A stretch of DNA of 63,508 nucleotides from Mesotaenium endlicherianum (Eukaryota): the NCBI GenBank assembly GCA_009602735.1, contig WELA01000963.1:38754-102261 (forward strand), written 5' to 3'. Below the pieces are notes generated by a model. The model saw only the letters and a list, made by a program, of their open reading frames with translations. It made no database searches and was not told where the DNA came from. The position numbers and the translations under genes are program-made. Shown in pieces: positions 52,401 through 63,508 of the stretch (its first letter is position 1; the number at the start of each line of letters is the position of its first letter).

Positions 52401-53025
52401 AAAATTTACCTTTAAGTTCTGGAGAGCTTTAGTGGGGTTAATGGGAGTCAAACAGCTGCTCAGCACAGCAAAGCACCCTCAGACTGATGAGCAGACTGAA
52501 CGAACTAACCGAGTTCTGCAGGAGGTGCTGAGAGCATATATTAACCAAAAACAAGATAATTGGGATGACCTGTTGCCTCAAATTCAGTTTGCGGTCAACA
52601 GTGCGGTGCACGCGTCAACGGGCAAGACTCCTTTTGAACTCGGCCTGGGTAGAGTCCCTAAGTCTCCCTTACATAAACTGGGGGAGTCTTTAACTGACCC
52701 TGACGGGATTGACAATCCGATCTCCCTCCAGTTAACTCAGGAGTTTGCTGACACCCTATCAGAAGTCCAGCAGAACCTGCACAGAGCCCAAGAAAACCAA
52801 CAAAAATACGCTAATCAACACCGTCGGCAGCTGACATTTTCTAAGGGCGATTTAGTCAAACTGCATTCTCAGCACTTGTACCTCCCTGGTGTGGTCAAGA
52901 AAAAGCTTGGCCCTGTCTGGGTCGGTCCATATTCGGTAGTGCGTCGTGTCGGTCAGAATGCTTACAAACTGAACATGTCAGCGGAATACAAGGGTCACCC
53001 GGAATACAAAGGCCATTTTCAATGA
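49430..53025 (+). pseudogene. pol: pol of element C (PR-RT-RH-IN), with premature stops; partly in N gap 51364-51574
   Basis: VDGGAS protease, [20 protein letters not shown] RNase H, integrase HESSLGGH..CDQC and PQTDEQTER; stops at ~51768 and 52066. Confidence 0.92.
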
Positions 53026-53026
53026 G

Positions 53027-54043
53027 GTGGAGAGAAGGAGCTGGGCATTCTTGGCCAGGGAAACCAGTCAGCTCGACTTTGCAGGGCACTGGTACCCTTG
53101 TACTCTTAAAAGGACAGACCCCGCCTTCTTCCAAAAGCCCACCGATTGGCGGTGGATGACCATCAACATGAGGGACCAGCAGAATGACAGGGCGACGGAT
53201 GAGGATTTCCTGACAGACCTAAAGGGGAACATAGTATTGCCCCCTCACATTGCGGCTTGGGACCCAAGATTGGATGGAGTCAGAGACTGCATGAGCCAAG
53301 AGATGCAGGGGGACAGAAGCAGGGCCCGAGAGTCATTCTCAAAAGTAAAGCACGCTTATGCCAAATGGGCAAGCAAGCAGGGGAAAAAGGACCTCTATGC
53401 GGTCCGGACTCAGCAGCCCCCACCAGCACCCAAAAGGGGAAGGTCAGTAGGATATTCTTTTTCTCGGGAAGAGCTGGAACAGCTGACAGAAGAGACCCCA
53501 GAAGTCTCAGAAGAACCCTGGGACGGAGAGGAGGAGTCAGAGGAAGACAAGGAGGAAGGCGAGGAGGAGGACACTAGCCCCGCCGTGATCCTGACACCTG
53601 CCACATTCCCGATAAGAGAGAAGACGGGGTTGGCCCTGCAGCAACTCGCTGAAGAGGAGGATATCACTTGGCTGGGAACTGCCAGAGGACAGAGTCCATC
53701 TCCAGGCACGGAGACCCAGTCAGACAGGGCAGACAGGAGGGCTGCTAGAGAAATAGCCAGAGGCCTGCAGGCATCTCCCTCGCAGAGAGGGCATGTACCC
53801 TTAGCTCATGTCATGCAACATCCTTCTGGGATGCCGGTATATGTACCAGTCAGTTTGAGGGATGCCCAGGAGAAGGCTGCCTCCATTCAGTTTCAGACCG
53901 TGCAGGAGGAAACAGAACAGTTACTGCGTTCTCCGCCGGGTCCTTACACGGAATCTCCCTCTCTGACAGGCTTCAGAAGACCCCAAGACAGGAAGAGGAC
54001 TGACTCTCCTGGCCATAGGGCCCCAGGGCCATCTCCCTCCTAA
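53027..54043 (+). CDS. Additional sense ORF of unknown function between integrase and PPT of element C
   Basis: 338 codons open. Trp/aromatic-rich N-terminal half, then an acidic tract and a Pro/Ser-rich tail. No chromodomain, signal peptide or TM helix recognisable; the true 5' end is unclear. Confidence 0.6.
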   Translation: MERRSWAFLARETSQLDFAGHWYPCTLKRTDPAFFQKPTDWRWMTINMRDQQNDRATDEDFLTDLKGNIVLPPHIAAWDPRLDGVRDCMSQEMQGDRSRARESFSKVKHAYAKWASKQGKKDLYAVRTQQPPPAPKRGRSVGYSFSREELEQLTEETPEVSEEPWDGEEESEEDKEEGEEEDTSPAVILTPATFPIREKTGLALQQLAEEEDITWLGTARGQSPSPGTETQSDRADRRAAREIARGLQASPSQRGHVPLAHVMQHPSGMPVYVPVSLRDAQEKAASIQFQTVQEETEQLLRSPPGPYTESPSLTGFRRPQDRKRTDSPGHRAPGPSPS

Positions 54044-56832
54044 GGGCGGAAGGCCAAGGGCACAGCATGCTGGATGGGAGAGGGATCAGTATTTTCAGTT
54101 GGAAAAACCTATGTACCCTGTGTCATTGTTGTCGAGGCGACAACATGTTAAGTTGGAGGGATTGTAATGAATCAGTACATTGGTTGATATAATATTCGTT
54201 TAAATATTACAGTTAAATAAGTTCAGCCTGCTGAACTCTAGTTAATAATCAGTCTGCTGGACTTTATATTTAATATCAGTTTAATGACTCAGCCGAAAGC
54301 AGCAGGCTGAAGTCAGCTTAAGTCAGCTTGCTGACACATTCTTTGACAGCCAGCTGACTTCCGTACTCGGTAGCAGCGAACTGCCTCGATATGCATCTAA
54401 GTGTGGTATGCTAGATGAATGGCCAGATGACATCCCTATGATGGATGGCGATTCGGGATGATGGGAGATGGCGGTGGGTTTGGTTAACCGAGGTCCTACC
54501 AACGTGGTTAACTCCCGGGTAGGCGGTGCCATCGCACTGGCCGTTGAACAGTAAACTCATTCCATGTACATATGCTAGGCATTGCTCTCGAGTTCGGCAT
54601 TCGGAAACGAGGCCAATTCTCTTGTACACCTCACTGAGAGAGATCTGAATCCAAGGCGAGAAGCCATTGATACGCACTGTCTTCTAACCTTGCTTATGTA
54701 TGAGTTTACTGATTTGCATTATTGATGCTAGTTCACTCGTATTTGACTTACAAGTATTATTTACTGCTAGTGTGTTGTCCTTTGCCGTTTAACCAGTTAA
54801 CGAAAAATACCATAAAGATTACTTGCTGATATGAAGATCTTTATTAATTGTTAATCGCCTATTTGGTAAGTCGATTCATTTCAGGCTGAAATATGGTGTT
54901 ATTCATAGTCATGAAAGTTGCTAGCGCGTTGGTGAGTTCAAATGGCAGGACCATGAACTCAAAATGTCCATATCTTGTCCTGAATGCCGTCTTCTCTATG
55001 TCAGATTCCGCAATGAGAATCTGGTGGTAGCCGCTTCTCAAGTCCACCTTCATGAAGTACTTGGCTCCAACCAGCCGGTCCATGAGCTCATCCATGCGCG
55101 GCAGCTGGTATCGATTCTTGATGGGGATCTTGTTCAGGGCGCAATAGTCCACACACATCCTCAAGGTCGTCTCCACTTGGTAGAGCCATAAAATCAGGTT
55201 GGCTCCTTTTCCGATGTTGAGAGTGTCGGGTTTGTCGGGCTTGATGAGTTTCTTTGCTCTCGGAGGCTCTTGTGGAGGCGCTTGAGCCGGGGCTAGATTT
55301 GGAGCGTTGCTTGCAATAGGGTCAGCCATAGCAGCCATAGCTTCTCTTGACGCTTGTACGGTTGCTTCATAGGTGGCCAAGTCCACTTGGTTGTGGATAG
55401 TCATTAGGAAGGCTGCCCACTCGTTTGCATGAACTCCTTGTGGTGGGGTCAAATTTGCCACAGCGGCTGCCATAGGACCTGATGGTGCTCCTCTTTGTGG
55501 TGCTCCTTGTTGTTGCAGATTTTCTTGAGTGGGCACTCCCGTTTGCGCTGGAGGAGGGTCTCTTGGAGATGAAGTGCTTCCTTCAAAAGCTTGCTGTTGG
55601 TCTTGAGGATCGGCCATCTTCTTGTGCTACCAAAGTGCCTAGCTCCGATACCATTGTAGTGAAACAGAATAGATAAGTACTTAGTAAAAAAGAGTACTTT
55701 ATCTATTCAAGACAAGGATCTTTGAACACAAGTGGTAGCTTCTTGAAAGAGAGATGGCTTCTTGAATGTTAAATATATTTCTGGAATTTGGCAAGTACAA
55801 GAGTGGTTCTAGAATACCTTTCTATGCTCTAGCTCTTCTTTGTATACTTGCTACATAAGTAATAACTAGGAAGGTGCATGTTGATGTGTTGGCACCCAAC
55901 ACATCCCAAAACTTGCCACCTCTTTCTAGATTAATGTACACATGTCCTTTTGACCTAAAAATGGCACATTTGACTTTTGCCACATGGAGTTCTTTCAAGT
56001 CCTTTCTCTAACTTCGAAAATGCCTTAGAAGGTTCAAAGGACACGAACCAAGTCACTAGAGTATCTATTCACACTTGAATTCACACAAAATTACTCTAAA
56101 AATATTCAAAAGCATTAACATGAAAAGAAACTAATATATTATAACTCACATCACTACAAAATCAGATCGACGCTTCTTAAAACAAAGAATAGCTCAACAC
56201 TGTCATGGTCATGTCCGCAATCATAGTGATCGAGCCTTCAATCACGATCAATAGTGGGGCGCACATTTGGCCATTCAAGTTGACCATGGGCATACAGAAG
56301 CATGAAAAGCACAAGCATATCAACAACTTCTAGACAATTACACCAAACGCAAGCGGTTTGAAGAATTATAGCATCATCTGCTCTATGTATATAGTCCCAA
56401 AGCGAGCGCTAGGGATTTTTACTGGCCAAGGACACGTGCCTTGCACATGTGTGCTTGTATCTGCGAGAAAGAAACTAATTCCCTGCTTCCAAAGAAAAAG
56501 TATACACAATACTCTAATAAGCGAATTAATAGCAAAAGCATCAGAAAAGCCCATTAGGTATTCCATATTATACGCACCTCAAGTTACGTGCTCACCTCAA
56601 CACCGTTTTCCAAGAAATCGAATTGAACGAGAAAATGGCTACGTGGCACAAACCCTTGGCTCTCCGCCGCTTGGCTTCCAAGCACTCGGTTGGTGGGCAG
56701 TGGGCACCTTCTTCTAAGATACAGGCTAACGAGTCACAACCTCAAGATGCCACGACTCCCAATACTAACAGATGTCAGTGTAGGCATAGGGGCAGATTCT
56801 TTCAATGCGCCACCTGGCAGCACCATGAACTT

Positions 56833-63056
<6,224 letters not shown>

Positions 63057-63508
63057 CTGCCTCCTGTTCTGCTCTCCCCTCCCCCCCTCCAACACATTCA
63101 CAAACGCACATAGACACACACACAGACACACACACACACACACGCACACACACGCACACACACGCACACGAGCACGCACGCATGCAAGCAGGCAAGAGTG
63201 AGAGGGAGGCCTATGACCTCACCTCAGGGCTCCTGGCTCATGCTCGCGGGCATGGAGAATCTGTCAACACATGTACATATGCACACAGACTGTCGCACGC
63301 GACTCATCGATGCGCGTATTTGCGCGCACGCCGACATGCACGCGCGCATCTGAGCAGCGGCCATGTTCATCAGATGGTACATGCATACGTGCATACATTC
63401 CACATGCGAATAAGATAGTATACATTTGTATGCCAGAGTGCCAGCGCATCGCACCAGGACCTCTCCAACAGAAGAATGATTCCCAAGCAATAATCCTCCC
63501 CCCCCCCC

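Larger units (their letters stand above)
47222..54883 (+). mobile_element. Ty3/gypsy LTR retrotransposon C, full length, nested in the RT of element B
   Basis: LTRs 47222-47941 and 54163-54883 (roughly 4% different by manual count); perfect TSD ggctg; PBS tggtatcggagc 47943-47954; purine-rich PPT ~54150-54161. Confidence 0.96.
44367..56158 (-). mobile_element. Degenerate Ty3/gypsy chromovirus B (5' LTR present, 3' LTR missing), host to element C and a MITE
   Basis: 5' LTR 55655-56158; PBS on minus at 55642-55653; gag start 55617 fused to RT by an internal deletion. RT continues across element C ([23 protein letters not shown]). Frameshifted RH/IN lies at 47220-45000 and chromodomain EYAVEDIL...YLIKWKGY near 44850. 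The left boundary is uncertain. Confidence 0.88.

Overview
Eukaryotic nuclear DNA with GT-AG spliced genes, GC3-rich exons and microsatellite-rich introns. The land-plant-like TOM40, Tify-binding domain and mTERF together with an algal-type phosphate acetyltransferase suggest a streptophyte green alga (inference). Left 35 kb: a large low-complexity protein with a CxxCGxPKKGHxC knuckle and a Tify-domain-binding domain (-, runs off the window), a probable Integrator subunit 5 (INTS5)-like gene (+), a small plastid-targeted acidic protein (-), a nodulin-related/hydrophilin-like protein (+), a 10-exon predicted thylakoid membrane protein (-), TOM40 (+, 11 exons) and an mTERF (-). 37.2-56.2 kb is a nest of Ty3/gypsy LTR retrotransposons: A (+, chromovirus) carrying a solo LTR of family B; B (-, degenerate chromovirus lacking its 3' LTR) carrying full-length element C (+) and a hAT-type MITE. 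Right end: 3' part of a spliced class II phosphate acetyltransferase gene (-). Most notable: a tRNA-derived Pol III A/B-box cassette inside both LTRs of element A, a textbook -1 frameshift signal (slippery heptamer plus pseudoknot) and an extra 3' ORF in element C, a non-standard tRNAiMet PBS shared by three families, and the INTS5-like and PTA genes. Three N gaps limit interpretation. All homology calls are from motif recognition by eye, with no database search.
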